Shown: one piece after another, positions 1-13,789 of the stretch
Numbering within the stretch: position 1 is the first letter of the stretch
Layout: each line of letters begins with the position of its first letter
Source: Babesia bigemina
Lineage: Eukaryota
Assembly (NCBI RefSeq): GCF_000981445.1
Contig: NC_027217.1
Coordinates: 1,798,001-1,862,000, forward strand
Direction of reading: 5' to 3'
Length of the DNA: 64,000 nucleotides
Translations under genes and position numbers: made by a program
The notes under the pieces: generated by a model
What the model was told of the DNA's origin: nothing
Database searches by the model: none
Seen by the model: only the letters and a program-made list of their open reading frames with translations

Positions 1-1936
1 ACAACATATACACAACCTTCCAGGTGAGATGTACGCCTCGGTGACAAGGGTTGTTTAATATGAGGGAGTGTGTTGGCGCACCTTGTCGATGTGATTTGGG
101 CCCATGGCATAAGTGGAAATTAATTGGTCATATGATCTCTTGGCTTTGTATCGTATTGCTGGTAGTAATTTATATGGGCGACTCTGACGAAAATACAGAA
201 TATGCAGTCTTCGGCGGATATGCAGGTTGACTGCTAAAACGGAGCGGCTAAGGCGTTGCGCATTTGCATCGCCTCGTATACGCAAATTACGACCGCAGTC
301 AGTGATGACTGCAGACGCGTCAATGTAGTATCATCCGGGATGTTCTATGAGCTAATCTATTATGTGTGCAATTGGGTTATTAATTGAGCATGATGTGTGA
401 TCTCATGGATATTAGGCGTTATGTCGTGTATATTATGCACTCCTGAGGTCGATATGCTTTTGGACGTACAGTGAATGGCTATCATGAGATTCTTCAGCAG
501 GTTCTGAAGGCGTACCTTAGGGTTACACTGACATGAGTTTCTTCGACATATGCGCAGTGTCTGGGATTCATGAAATAGATTAGCGTGATCAATTGATGTC
601 ATACTGTGTATCGACGTCGTCTCCTTGCGAAAAACCAGGAGAAAATGTGGCTACCACTTCCGTGTATCAAATGCACCGCTCTGCTGTAATGCGTGGTAGA
701 ATATGGGTGCCTTGAAAGTAAAATAGTGCCGCATTATGTTTTGTGATGCGCGAAATGCTGAGTGCCCAAAATGGTCAAAGTGCCAATTATCGGAATACGC
801 CTTACATAGTTGTATGGCTAAAATATTACGTAGCATCGCATCTCTTCTGGAATTTTAAGACTCATCATGTGTAGAAGATGAAGCGATGTTGTGATTGCCG
901 CAGGGCAACATGAAGTGTTCCGGTGGTATCTCGAATACAATCACTGCAGAGAGTAAAAACATCGGACACACTTTTGTGATTTTAATATTTATATCGTATG
1001 TTACAGTTGTGGGTCACTGGTCGAACAGCGATCTATGGTGTTGCTCGTTTTTTGGCGCTTTCATTGTTCATTGTGTGGTTGCTGGTGGCACAACGGCACT
1101 CCGAGGTGGCTGTCACTCAGACGTCTTGAGCCACAGCGGATTGCAAAAGGCCGCACTTAACGAGTACTTCACGAGCACGAATGCATACTATATACAGTCG
1201 ACGCATTACGGCGTCAGTAGTGACAATCAGGAAGTACGTACACTTTGCGCCGCTTTGTCTTTTGCGAGCCTATAGAAGTAAGACAAAACCGCTGAAATGT
1301 CGTAAAACACATACAGCGTATAATGTGACATGCCTATAATTGAGCATCCGAGGCATCGGCCGTTCTAATCAGACGCTCAACCTACGGCGTAAGACCACCT
1401 ACTCGCAAATCCAACTGCTAGCCATGAAAAACCACACTAGAGCGCTCAGACATGTAATCGTGCACATTTATAAGTCGGTGTTGCGCAGCATAATAGTATA
1501 TTGGCCAATTGCGTTACACCATATGGCACATGGAGAAACGGCACTAGGGCCGTGCGTAATACCGCCACACATTAGCCGTAGATTTATGTTACATAAAGGA
1601 CGTTTCAACAACTGTTTCACAGCACATATGTGTCACGGATGTGTAGAGTAACGAGAGCAAAAGGCCCCGTGCAGCTGAAACCGTAGCGTGACTAATACTA
1701 TCCAAAGGATCAAATCGAGCAAAGACGTCACTATACCGGCGCAAATTGGTACAAGACAGAGAAACGTCTGTAGAAATGTAAAACAGGCGGCGTCAATGAG
1801 CAGCAGATGGAGACTTGTCGCAAACTGCAACCCGTACACATTTGAAGCAGGACTGGATGGCCAGACGACGCTAGCGAACGAGCGGAGCTGGCAATAGCAT
1901 ATCTCGAACGTGGATGTATGACAATGATTCGCTGAA

Positions 1937-4900
1937 ATGTCATCGGACGCCGTCCCTACTTCGTCTGTCAACGACATCACACAATGGAGCGACAAGAAAA
2001 AGCTAGAAGCGGAAGTGCAGTACATTCTGCTGCAATTCGAAAAGCCCAAGGAGTGGGCTGATCTCATGAACTGTCTGATCCGACTGCACAGGAGCATACG
2101 ACAGTCCATGATATGCGAAATTCCACAGAAGGAAACCATATGCAAGCGACTTGCACAATGCCTCAACCCGCAGCTGCCCAGTGGCATCCACGCGCGGGCC
2201 CTGGAGGTATATGGCTCCATACTGGAAAAGGCGGGATCGGAGGGGCTGGCGCAGAATCTGGCGCTATTCAGCAGCGGGTTATTCCCATTCTTCACGTACA
2301 GCTCCTCCTCCGTGCGGCCGATATTCCTCAACCTCATCGAGCAGTTCTACATACCGCTGGGGAAAAAGCTGCTGCCCTGCCTCATAGGACTGCTGATATG
2401 CATCATACCGGGGCTGGAAGACGACAAGTCAGAAAGCTATGAGCAGGTGTACAAGGCGCTCGAACGCATCAGTGACTGCGTTTCCGAGCGGAGCTACATG
2501 CGCGCGCTCTGGCTCATACTGCTCAACGCAAGCAAAATAAGGCTGGCCACGCTCACGGTAATTGCGAACAAGCTCGCCCCAGGGCTACCCTTGTTGCCGC
2601 CGGAGAGGGTGGACATCCTGGTGCCACACCGGCATGTGCTCGTCATAAGGAGCCTCGAAGCCACCACCGAGGACGAGTCGCTGCTGGTGCTCAGGGAAAT
2701 GATTAACTTGCTCATCAAGCACTTTCCCCTGGACTCGAATATCCTCAGCGATGCGGACAAGTCCTTGCTGTGCAGACAGTGCCTCAAGCTGCTTACCAAG
2801 AGGAACTGGTCGCTCAACAGAAGGTTGTACCAGTGGATTTTCAACGCCACGAACGATTTTAACACGTCACCGGAGTCGTTGGATCTCACTTATTTCACGA
2901 AGTACTCGAAGGACAATCTCATCTCGGCGATCAAAGAGCTGCTCATGGCCAGAGGCAAGAACCTGGACGAGGTCCTAATACCCATCAAAATCATCGTAAC
3001 GTTCATCACTGACGCGGATCTCAAAGGTGTAACTGAGAAACTCATGCCAGCGCTTTGTGTTCCGATCCTCAAGTACATTTGCAAGGAGCATGAGGAAGAG
3101 GAATGGAGAGCCAACATCATCGAAAGCACCAGGCTTATTTTCGACACCAGTCTTACGCCTACGAGCGTTATCTTCGAGTCAATAGTGGACGAATACAACA
3201 TGAACGCCGCCTCGTCATACGCCAGCTGCTCCAGCGTGTGGTACGATATGCTGGAACTCAGCAGCGTCTATCTCGACGAGGTCTGCACGCAGCTGTATCT
3301 GGAAGACGTGCTCTGCGGGCTGTTCATGCTGATGAACAACGCACTGGACCACCTGCACAGGTTGACCATCAAAAACGACCTCAGCATTATCAACCACGTC
3401 ATCATGTACGTCTCCACCATATTCTCAAGGGTGGAGGGGATCATACGGGGCGAGGATAACTTCGCGCGCTTCGACGACACCATAAAGCTCGACGAGGAGG
3501 AAGACAAGAAGATGAACATGCTCATGAGTTACCAAAATTCGTGCAACACCTACATATCGAAGTATCTCGACAGTTTCTACACCGATGCACTCACGTACTT
3601 CGAGGACCGTGCTGAGGAACTCTCCGCATACGAGCTGAACACTATCGACCTCCTTAACGACCTGGCAGTGCGCTTCGTAGCGGTGGAAGGCTACATGGCG
3701 GTGGTGCCGCTGACCAAGGGGTTCTGCAGAAACAAGACGTTCGTGGATTCCATTGGAGGCCATAAGCAGGATTTCCTAAACGACACCTACATTCAGCAGC
3801 ATACATTGATCGAAGCGCCCTCCTTCGAGTCGTACATATTCCCCACGCTATTTCGCAGTGACTCCATAGTTTCAAACAGCAACGCAGTGGCGCCATCAGC
3901 GAAAACCACCGAGCTGCCCACGAAGGATGCGTTCAAGTTGGAGCACTGGATACAAACGCTGCTCAAGTGCACCATTGCCAACAACGCGCAGCTCTTTTGC
4001 AGAGGAATCAGGACCTTTATCGCACTTTTGAGGCTCCCCAACAAGCGGGACATGTACAACTACGTGGAGACGAATGGGGAGCACCTGCGCAGCATCGTAC
4101 TCAGGCTCTGGAACTCGCTAGACGACGCCCACGCCGCCAGCCATTCAGAAATCGTGCTGCTGCTCATACAGCTCAACAACACGATGCCGCCTTCACGCGT
4201 CGAAGCGGAGAAAATCATCGTGCAGGATCTCACCAGCTCTGAAACCGACCTGAAGGTGGCAGCGATGCTTAGGTTTGGTGTCTTGTGGCGATATGGGCAC
4301 ATTCACGCGCCTAAGGAGGAGCTTTTCTCGGAGGCGCTGGGTTGCATCTTAGATAACGTGGAAGAATCCGATCCGAAGCTGCGGTACTACTCATGCTCAT
4401 TCCTCTCCGAATCAGTCGCAATCTTGCCCAACCTCATCAACCCCATCCTGAGGGCGCTGGTCTCATTCGACAAGATCGATCCCGAGTCTTACAGCTCCTA
4501 TATTGTGGATGTATTGAGGAAGTTCAGACACCTCTCCTACATCGTCAGTCGTGAAGGTCCCATGCTCCTGGACCTCATGCAAAGGCGTCAAGCGCCGCCG
4601 CAACTTATTGAGCTCGTGCAGGGTGAGGATATATACAGCCGGATGCTTGGAGTTAGCAAGCCCGTTATGGAAGGCAACGCTGCCAAGAGTAGTGCGCCTG
4701 CTTCGGCGAACCTGATGCATGGCAATATGGGAGTAGGAGGAACTGCGGACGGAAGGCGATCAACGACGCTGGTAACATTCCCCACGCTCAAGGACCCCAA
4801 GTGTATCTCATACGAAGATGCCTGCATATACGATTATGTCGACCTGATTGTTGTTCTCACGCTGAAATACATATGTCTCAACATAGACGTTTCTGCGCTT

Positions 4901-7900
4901 CTCAACTTCACCACGTTTGAAGGTTTGGAGCAGTACGCGAATGAATCAACGGATCACCAAACGGAGAGCACGCACGTGCTGCATGAAAACGCAATGTTGT
5001 TTAGGTGTACTGCCATCGATTTTATGAAGCTCTTCCTATCGACCATTCAGCCCACCAGCAGGGCAAAGGAGGTGGCGTGTCTCATATCACGGCCGCTTCT
5101 GTGCGTGCTCTACCACTTCCACCTCAAGGATGAGGCTATAGTGCAGACGCAGCTTTTGTACCTGCTCAAGGTTGTGATCGACCGTTGCCATGTGGAGTCC
5201 CAGGCGATCAGCGAAGTCACGAGCGCGCTCATAGACTCGTCTAAGGATCTTGCCAAGCAATCCGTGGCGTCGGTCAAAGGGGTGAATCGCAGGTCTGTAG
5301 AATCAGAAACGTCGTCGCAAAAAGGTGTCAGCTTTGACTTGAACAATCAAGAGGGGGTGGAAAGAAGCGACACGGATCTTTCACGGTTGTCTGGATACGC
5401 ACAGGAAATTAAGAGTCGGAAGCAATGCGGTACAGAAGCGCTAAGCAACGTTATCAGCTCGGCCATTGAAACTTCACCGCCGCACGAAGGCTACGCAGGG
5501 GATGGGTTAGGCACGGGGCGCAGATATCCTTTCGACCAAACCTCGTGCATACTGCCCAGAATGTATATCATCAATGTAGTCGCAATCAAGCAGGAGCATG
5601 TGGGTAACCTCAAAAGGATTACGGATGATTTGCTATTTGCGCAAATCTTGGAGTCGTGCATTTTCAACACCGCAAAGGCAGGGCGCGTACACCTACTACA
5701 GTCATACATTGACTTCTCGTTGTACACACTCAAATACTTGACATCGGACAACTCGCTTAGGTACTCGTCGAAGTTCATCACGCACTTCTGTAACCATCTC
5801 TGCCAAGGCAAGGACTGGATCAAGATTGCCGCCATATCCCAGTATCTCAGGGGGATCTACGTCATGCTCAGACATATAACCAACAAGTTGGGCAACATGA
5901 AAATAGACCTTAAAAGCTTGGAAAGGTTTAACAATGACAACGCCTTGTCTCCATGTAGCCTATCTGCGATCCTCAATGCAGCCGAGACAGAATGCATGCA
6001 AAACGACGGCACTAGTGATACCGCGAAATGCACCCGTGTGCTGGGGTCGAAGCAGAAAGCGCATACGGCCACCAGCAAGGAAGACCCCATCATATTCGAG
6101 ATAGCACAAGTGGTCGATATATGTATCCAGTGTCTGCTTTGGGTGGAAAAGCGCAACAACGTTGATATACTCAACAGGGTACGTGGGATGGCCATTGGGG
6201 ATACGGCCGTCGTTGACTCGCCGAAGCGAGGCTCTATCACATTCAAAGTGGATGGCAGCAACCAGGAATCAATACGCCTAGACATAATCATGGCCGTGCA
6301 AAATATATACAAAGAAATATTGCAAGGCTTTAGACTGCTGTTCCAATGCTTGCCACATCACTTCACGGAAGGGTGCCTAATGCTCTGGGACAAGGCCGAA
6401 CACAGCCAGCACAGCAGGAACATAAAATTGGAGCTCATAAGTTGCCTAAATGCCATGCCACAGTTCTCGAGGCAGAAGATGATATCGTACATTCTTGACA
6501 TGCTGGAACCATACGCAAAATCCTCGAAGTACAAGCATTTTAAGGGATACCAGCTGCTCTCCTCCAACGTTAGAGATAACGCCGTATGCGAATTCATATA
6601 TGCGCTTATTGACCTGCCAATGACGGCTAAGAAGGATATAGAGGACACGTTCCATGTCATGAAGCGGTACATCACATTCGTACTTAACTACCAACGTCAG
6701 CCCATGGTGTTGCTCTGGAGCTTCCAAACCATCTGCAATTTCGATAAGTCGCATCCCACCAAAAATGCAAACGTTATCGATAAGAGCATGAAAAAGTTCC
6801 TCAGCGAGGTTATGTATGGCCTCATCTATCAGAGTGTCGGACTCTACATGCACAAAGTCTGTACATGGCTGCTGCCGAAAAATTATGACCTGGAACCGCC
6901 GCTGCCGCCCCATATGTATGTCATCAACAACGAGTACTATGAGCACGTCAACCCCAAGGACTCAATATTGGCATGCACAGGATACACGCCAAAAGGGAAT
7001 GCAGCGAACGTCACGACGGCGAAAACGAAGTCAGTTGACAGCCTTGATTGCCTCTGCAAGAATGCACTTGCGCAGATGATCGTCTTTAGCTACGAAACGG
7101 GACAGCTCAGCAGACGCACGGCAATAGCCAACATCTTCTTCCACGTCCTGCTGAACAACCTGGGTTCATACGTTCTGCCGATGCTGCAAGAGAAGATGGA
7201 TAGGCCACTCACCTACCGCTATCTCGTGCTCTTGCTTTTGCGCAACCTCCCGTTCAATCTCTATGAGGGCTCCCTGCAGTGCATCAAGAAACCCATCATC
7301 GACTACATTAATATGCCCGGGTTCTTCAAAACGGATCGCAGGGGATTCCGGTGCATCACAAAGATATTCAGGCTGGTTGCGGATGATGAGTGCAGGGGAA
7401 CTGTGGACCGGCTTAGCAAGCTGGACCACTACACCTGCCCGCCACACAGCTCCGTGTTTACCAGCAGGTCGATGGACATACAGGGACGTATAAAGTACCT
7501 AAATAGGTTGGCTTTCGTGCTGTACGCCTGTCGCAATGATGCGTTCGCATCGCACATCGCAACTATCATTGAGAGGCTCACGGATAATTGTAGAGCGTAC
7601 GACGACGATAATCTACGTACAGGGGCGTTGCTAGTCATGCGGGTACTGCTGATCAAAATGTCGCAGCAGTACCTCACTGTCTTGTGGCCAGTGCTGTTGT
7701 CGGAACTTATCAAGGTTTTCGACAGGGAAAACAGGACCTTAATTGGGTTGGATGCGTCCCAAAGCGCAAACACGGCAGACAGGCAGAGTGGCAAGGCCGA
7801 CGCAAACCGGTACAGACTACTCAAAGAGGCGCTAAAGATTATTGATGTCGCGTACGCCCTCAAACTTAACGATTTTCTGATATACCAGTGGATGTTCGTG

Positions 7901-8332
7901 AACGACATGGCGGACAAATACTACACCGAAAACGAAAATGAAGTCGAAAATGACGCTTTCGAGTTTAAGCCCTTCCTCATGATTATAGAGCAGAAGTATC
8001 CGGAGGTGGTAAAAAAGCACCTCCGCAACGATTACTACCTGAAAATGAGGAAGTTCATAGATAGCAACGCTGCCTACGACGCCGAACTCTCGCAGTCGTC
8101 AACTCCCGCTCACAGCGACCAGACGAAAGCCCGGCAGGTATCGCACGGGAAAATGGACGAACAAGTCCCGCTGGCGAGTGCCCAGGACTCCACCGAGAGG
8201 AAACAACTCACCCAGGAGTTAATCGACATGTCGATTGAAAACGATCTCCTGGACATCGGCGTGGACCACAGGGACCTGGAAAGCGAGCTCAACGTGCACC
8301 AAATATGCAAAATGTACCGGAAGGTTGTTTAG
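1937..8332 (+). CDS. DOP1: Dopey (DOP1/DOPEY) family protein, endosome-Golgi trafficking
   Basis: 2131-aa ORF. The N-terminus (FEKPKEWADL...KRLAQCLNPQLPSGIHARALEVY...LFSSGLFPFF) is the Dopey_N signature, and the C-terminal LNRLAFVLY...LWPVLLSEL fits the Dopey C-terminal region. Confidence 0.9.
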   Translation: MSSDAVPTSSVNDITQWSDKKKLEAEVQYILLQFEKPKEWADLMNCLIRLHRSIRQSMICEIPQKETICKRLAQCLNPQLPSGIHARALEVYGSILEKAGSEGLAQNLALFSSGLFPFFTYSSSSVRPIFLNLIEQFYIPLGKKLLPCLIGLLICIIPGLEDDKSESYEQVYKALERISDCVSERSYMRALWLILLNASKIRLATLTVIANKLAPGLPLLPPERVDILVPHRHVLVIRSLEATTEDESLLVLREMINLLIKHFPLDSNILSDADKSLLCRQCLKLLTKRNWSLNRRLYQWIFNATNDFNTSPESLDLTYFTKYSKDNLISAIKELLMARGKNLDEVLIPIKIIVTFITDADLKGVTEKLMPALCVPILKYICKEHEEEEWRANIIESTRLIFDTSLTPTSVIFESIVDEYNMNAASSYASCSSVWYDMLELSSVYLDEVCTQLYLEDVLCGLFMLMNNALDHLHRLTIKNDLSIINHVIMYVSTIFSRVEGIIRGEDNFARFDDTIKLDEEEDKKMNMLMSYQNSCNTYISKYLDSFYTDALTYFEDRAEELSAYELNTIDLLNDLAVRFVAVEGYMAVVPLTKGFCRNKTFVDSIGGHKQDFLNDTYIQQHTLIEAPSFESYIFPTLFRSDSIVSNSNAVAPSAKTTELPTKDAFKLEHWIQTLLKCTIANNAQLFCRGIRTFIALLRLPNKRDMYNYVETNGEHLRSIVLRLWNSLDDAHAASHSEIVLLLIQLNNTMPPSRVEAEKIIVQDLTSSETDLKVAAMLRFGVLWRYGHIHAPKEELFSEALGCILDNVEESDPKLRYYSCSFLSESVAILPNLINPILRALVSFDKIDPESYSSYIVDVLRKFRHLSYIVSREGPMLLDLMQRRQAPPQLIELVQGEDIYSRMLGVSKPVMEGNAAKSSAPASANLMHGNMGVGGTADGRRSTTLVTFPTLKDPKCISYEDACIYDYVDLIVVLTLKYICLNIDVSALLNFTTFEGLEQYANESTDHQTESTHVLHENAMLFRCTAIDFMKLFLSTIQPTSRAKEVACLISRPLLCVLYHFHLKDEAIVQTQLLYLLKVVIDRCHVESQAISEVTSALIDSSKDLAKQSVASVKGVNRRSVESETSSQKGVSFDLNNQEGVERSDTDLSRLSGYAQEIKSRKQCGTEALSNVISSAIETSPPHEGYAGDGLGTGRRYPFDQTSCILPRMYIINVVAIKQEHVGNLKRITDDLLFAQILESCIFNTAKAGRVHLLQSYIDFSLYTLKYLTSDNSLRYSSKFITHFCNHLCQGKDWIKIAAISQYLRGIYVMLRHITNKLGNMKIDLKSLERFNNDNALSPCSLSAILNAAETECMQNDGTSDTAKCTRVLGSKQKAHTATSKEDPIIFEIAQVVDICIQCLLWVEKRNNVDILNRVRGMAIGDTAVVDSPKRGSITFKVDGSNQESIRLDIIMAVQNIYKEILQGFRLLFQCLPHHFTEGCLMLWDKAEHSQHSRNIKLELISCLNAMPQFSRQKMISYILDMLEPYAKSSKYKHFKGYQLLSSNVRDNAVCEFIYALIDLPMTAKKDIEDTFHVMKRYITFVLNYQRQPMVLLWSFQTICNFDKSHPTKNANVIDKSMKKFLSEVMYGLIYQSVGLYMHKVCTWLLPKNYDLEPPLPPHMYVINNEYYEHVNPKDSILACTGYTPKGNAANVTTAKTKSVDSLDCLCKNALAQMIVFSYETGQLSRRTAIANIFFHVLLNNLGSYVLPMLQEKMDRPLTYRYLVLLLLRNLPFNLYEGSLQCIKKPIIDYINMPGFFKTDRRGFRCITKIFRLVADDECRGTVDRLSKLDHYTCPPHSSVFTSRSMDIQGRIKYLNRLAFVLYACRNDAFASHIATIIERLTDNCRAYDDDNLRTGALLVMRVLLIKMSQQYLTVLWPVLLSELIKVFDRENRTLIGLDASQSANTADRQSGKADANRYRLLKEALKIIDVAYALKLNDFLIYQWMFVNDMADKYYTENENEVENDAFEFKPFLMIIEQKYPEVVKKHLRNDYYLKMRKFIDSNAAYDAELSQSSTPAHSDQTKARQVSHGKMDEQVPLASAQDSTERKQLTQELIDMSIENDLLDIGVDHRDLESELNVHQICKMYRKVV

Positions 8333-8502
8333 TAACAAGCATATTGCTCAATTTTAGACGTATTTAGCACAACACGTATTATTACGACACCTAACACACC
8401 ATATGAGGCAGCTGCGCGCCTTCTTAACCGACCTGCGCTACGCGACTGGGGATAACGCGGTACGAGGCGCTATAAGGAATTAAGTAGTGTCATAGTGGAG
8501 CG

Positions 8503-10440
<1,938 letters not shown>

Positions 10441-10535
10441 TACCGCCGGCCTGGTGGAGCATGATTGCTACACCGACAATGGACGAAAGTACTTAAATTC
10501 AATACTGTCACGGCGTTGTAGTTGCGTTCAGATAG

Positions 10536-11325
10536 CTAATCTAGCACTACCTTTTCACCCGGCGAAAAAGCGGGGAGACCTCGGTACGGGCAGCCGGCGC
10601 AACGGAACGCGTCTCCCAAGTAACAGTTACCGCAGGCGGATGTGGGGGCATCTACATCGGACGCCAATTTTTCAGCCTCCAAGCGCTCCCTCTCGGCGCG
10701 GCCACAAGTGCAGTTGGCGCATGCTCTGGGCTTTGTGCTGCACGATTCCGCTGCGGGTGCGGAGGGCACATAACCCTCCAGCGACGCCACCGGGACGCTC
10801 GCTGGCATGTCGGACGAGTTGCCTACCTTCCAATTGGGCCGCTTGCCGCTCACCCATCTGAAGCCGCTGTGATCGAAAGACGTCACGTCAATAAAACCGC
10901 TGTATAGGCACTCCTTCCTCAACACATTTTCCTGCGTGATATTTTGAAAATGCAACCGGCGAACCCACATTGGGATTGCTAGGAGGCAGCAATATGTTCA
11001 AGGTCCCGTCGCCCTTGATGCTGTCGTGCAGCTGCTCCAACATGTGGGAGACGTCCTCTCCGACGCTGCAAAACCCAGGTTCGGCGACCAGCAAAATCAG
11101 GTCATACGCAGACTGGTCCAATCTCCGCCCAGCCAAATCGGCGAGGGTCATGTAATCGTAGTCTTGGTCAAAACTAGCGGGCTGCGTAAGCACGGGCGAC
11201 AGCACATTGTCCAGTTTGAGAAGCGATGACGCAATGGAGGAACGTCTACATTGCAACACACCGAAATTGACGTGCTTCTCCAAGTTCTCCCTGCTTGGCG
11301 CGACGACTAAGATTCGCAAAGACAT
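10536..11325 (-). CDS. DRE2: Anamorsin/Dre2 (CIAPIN1), cytosolic Fe-S assembly
   Basis: C-terminal motifs [13 protein letters not shown] and [25 protein letters not shown]. Two ORFs are joined in frame by a 37-nt GT-AG intron at 10932-10968. ATG at 11325. Confidence 0.92.
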
Positions 11326-11586
11326 CGTGATCGGCGTCGACGGTCCTGACACAAAAAGTTACACCTCCACTGGCATCTATGATGTCAGCGCGGAAAGTGT
11401 TCTGAAATACAAATTAGACGCACATTGGCATCAGCATGTGCGCACTGAAGCACCGCGCTGGATTTTTGCTTTTGACGCTGCGTTCATCGCCCGAAACCCA
11501 ACCTACCACGGGCGCGCGAACGCATTGCACATCTGCGCAAGCACGGCAAACCGTATTTGCGCCTACATCGTTGCACAGCGGTATTC

Positions 11587-13785
11587 ATGTTGAAGATATC
11601 ATCACTGTATGCAATATACCTAGTTTGTGCCGCCGCCAAATACGCCACCAGGGGATTCTCAAACACGCCGACTGTACTGAGCCGGGGATCGATACGGCCG
11701 TCGCCAGCATACCGCACCGAACCTTACGGCAGATTCGGTCACACAAAAGCGTACTTAGGCGCTAGACAAGCGAATTCTGAAACCGCATCAACGGTCAGGA
11801 GGAGAAGCAGCACGCTCCAGACGCATCGTACAACCATACCCAAAATGGAAGCGTCCCAGCTCTCAGAACTGCTGAAGAAAAACAAAACGCAGTGTGAAAA
11901 CCTTCTAAAGCGAAGATTCTTTTACACCAACTCCTTCGAAATATACGGAGGAGCCGCGGGACTCTTCGACTACGGGCCGCCAGGATGCGCACTCAAGGCA
12001 CAGCTCGAAGACCTCTGGAGGAAGCACTTCATCGTCTTCGATGAAATGCTGGAGGTATCATGTCCTTGCATTACCCCCTACAGCGTACTCAAGGCGTCGG
12101 GGCACGTCGACAGGTTCACGGATCTCATGTTGACGGATTTGAGCAACGGCGAATGCTACAGGGCCGACAAGTACCTCGAGGACGTAATAGACTGCGTCAT
12201 CAGCACCTTGGAAGGTAAAAACGTAACGGACAACGTCAATGCAAAGAATGTGGCACTTATGCAACTGGGACGTGAAGAACTGCAGAAGCTGCAGAACCTC
12301 GTGGGCAACATGACCTCAGAGGACGTTGATGCCTTAATACAGCAGTATGGAATCAAATCGCCTCAAGGAAATGAGCTGTCCAAGCCGTTCCCCTTCAACC
12401 TTATGTTTCAAACTACAATTGGGCCCAAAAAGGATCAAAAGGGAGGCACGAACTCCGTTGTATACCTGAGACCCGAAACTGCACAGGGCATATTTGTCAA
12501 CTTCGGCAGGTTGCTCGAATCGAATGGAGGCAAGATGCCATTCGCCGCGGCGCAAATCGGTCTGGGGTTCAGAAATGAAATCAGCCCGAGAAATGGGCTA
12601 CTCAGAGTTCGTGAATTCCTGATGGCTGAAGTCGAGTATTTCGTACACCCGGAAAACAAGACCCACGCAAGATTCCACGAATTCAAGCATGTGATGCTCA
12701 ATCTCCTGCCGAAAGAAACACAGGAGAGGGGAGAAGCGACGCTGGTCTCCATGACAGTGGAAGACGCCGTCAACAACAAAGTTATCGCAAACGAGGCCCT
12801 AGGCTACTTCCTCGCGAGAACAAGGCTATTCCTCGAAAAGTGTGGAATTATGGGTGAAGGATTGCGATTCAGGCAGCATATGTCCGACGAAATGGCGCAC
12901 TATGCCTGCGACTGTTGGGATGCGGAAATACTTACATCGTACGGCTGGATTGAGGTCGTGGGACATGCTGACAGAATGGCGTACGATCTGAAGGCACACT
13001 CGCAGGCCGCTAATGTCCAGCTGAACGCCAGCCATAGGTACCCGGAACCCATAGTTGTCGAGAAGGTTACTCCCACATACAACAAGTCACTCATCGGGAA
13101 AACGTTCAAGGACAAAAACGCGCAGCTGCTGCGAATACTGGACAACCTACCACAAGATGAAGCATTGCAAATGGAGCAAGAACTCAACACCACGGGGCAA
13201 ACAATCGTTAAAGGCGACGGCGGACTGGAGTTCGTTGTCACAAGAGATATGCTATCATTCAAGGTTGTCAAATCGGTGGTTTGCGAGGAAACGTTTACGC
13301 CGTCAGTCATCGAGCCATCTTTCGGCATGGGTAGACTCATATTCTGCATATTGGAGCATTCCTACAAGATCCGACAGGCGCAGAAAGACCAAGAAGAGCG
13401 CACGTACCTTGCGCTCAAACCCATACTGGCCCCAACCAAGTGCTGCCTCTTACCACTGTCGTCAAAAGAAGTTTTTAACCCGTTGATATCGAAGATACAG
13501 AGGCACATGAATGACCTGGGGCTGTCATACAAAATTGACAGCACCGGCGCCTCCATCGGAAAGCGGTATGCAAGAACGGATGAAATCGGCATCCCCTTTG
13601 CAATAACCATAGATTTCCAGTCTGTAAATGACGGAACCGTAACGCTCAGGGAGCGCGACTCAATGGAACAGGTGCGATTGGAATCCGAACAAGTGGGCGA
13701 CGTCATCGCGGACCTCATCAGAGGCAGGACAACTTGGGGCGACGTTACCAAGGCGCATCCCATATTTACGCAGCAAGAAGTATAA
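11587..13785 (+). CDS. GARS: Glycyl-tRNA synthetase (eukaryotic homodimeric type) with N-terminal signal + transit-like extension
   Basis: IYGGAAGLFDYGPPG, LRPETAQGIF, FRNEISPRNGLLRVREF, EMAHYACDCWD, VIEPSFGMGR and SIGKRYARTDEIG. First ATG is 11587 (MLKISSLYAIYLVCAAAKYA); a second ATG at 11845 precedes the conserved core. Confidence 0.95.
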   Translation: MLKISSLYAIYLVCAAAKYATRGFSNTPTVLSRGSIRPSPAYRTEPYGRFGHTKAYLGARQANSETASTVRRRSSTLQTHRTTIPKMEASQLSELLKKNKTQCENLLKRRFFYTNSFEIYGGAAGLFDYGPPGCALKAQLEDLWRKHFIVFDEMLEVSCPCITPYSVLKASGHVDRFTDLMLTDLSNGECYRADKYLEDVIDCVISTLEGKNVTDNVNAKNVALMQLGREELQKLQNLVGNMTSEDVDALIQQYGIKSPQGNELSKPFPFNLMFQTTIGPKKDQKGGTNSVVYLRPETAQGIFVNFGRLLESNGGKMPFAAAQIGLGFRNEISPRNGLLRVREFLMAEVEYFVHPENKTHARFHEFKHVMLNLLPKETQERGEATLVSMTVEDAVNNKVIANEALGYFLARTRLFLEKCGIMGEGLRFRQHMSDEMAHYACDCWDAEILTSYGWIEVVGHADRMAYDLKAHSQAANVQLNASHRYPEPIVVEKVTPTYNKSLIGKTFKDKNAQLLRILDNLPQDEALQMEQELNTTGQTIVKGDGGLEFVVTRDMLSFKVVKSVVCEETFTPSVIEPSFGMGRLIFCILEHSYKIRQAQKDQEERTYLALKPILAPTKCCLLPLSSKEVFNPLISKIQRHMNDLGLSYKIDSTGASIGKRYARTDEIGIPFAITIDFQSVNDGTVTLRERDSMEQVRLESEQVGDVIADLIRGRTTWGDVTKAHPIFTQQEV

Positions 13786-13789
13786 AGTA

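Noticed and set aside
1..1936. Short ORFs in the first 1.9 kb
   Set aside because: No motifs or consistent exon chain; treated as intergenic/5' UTR of DOP1.
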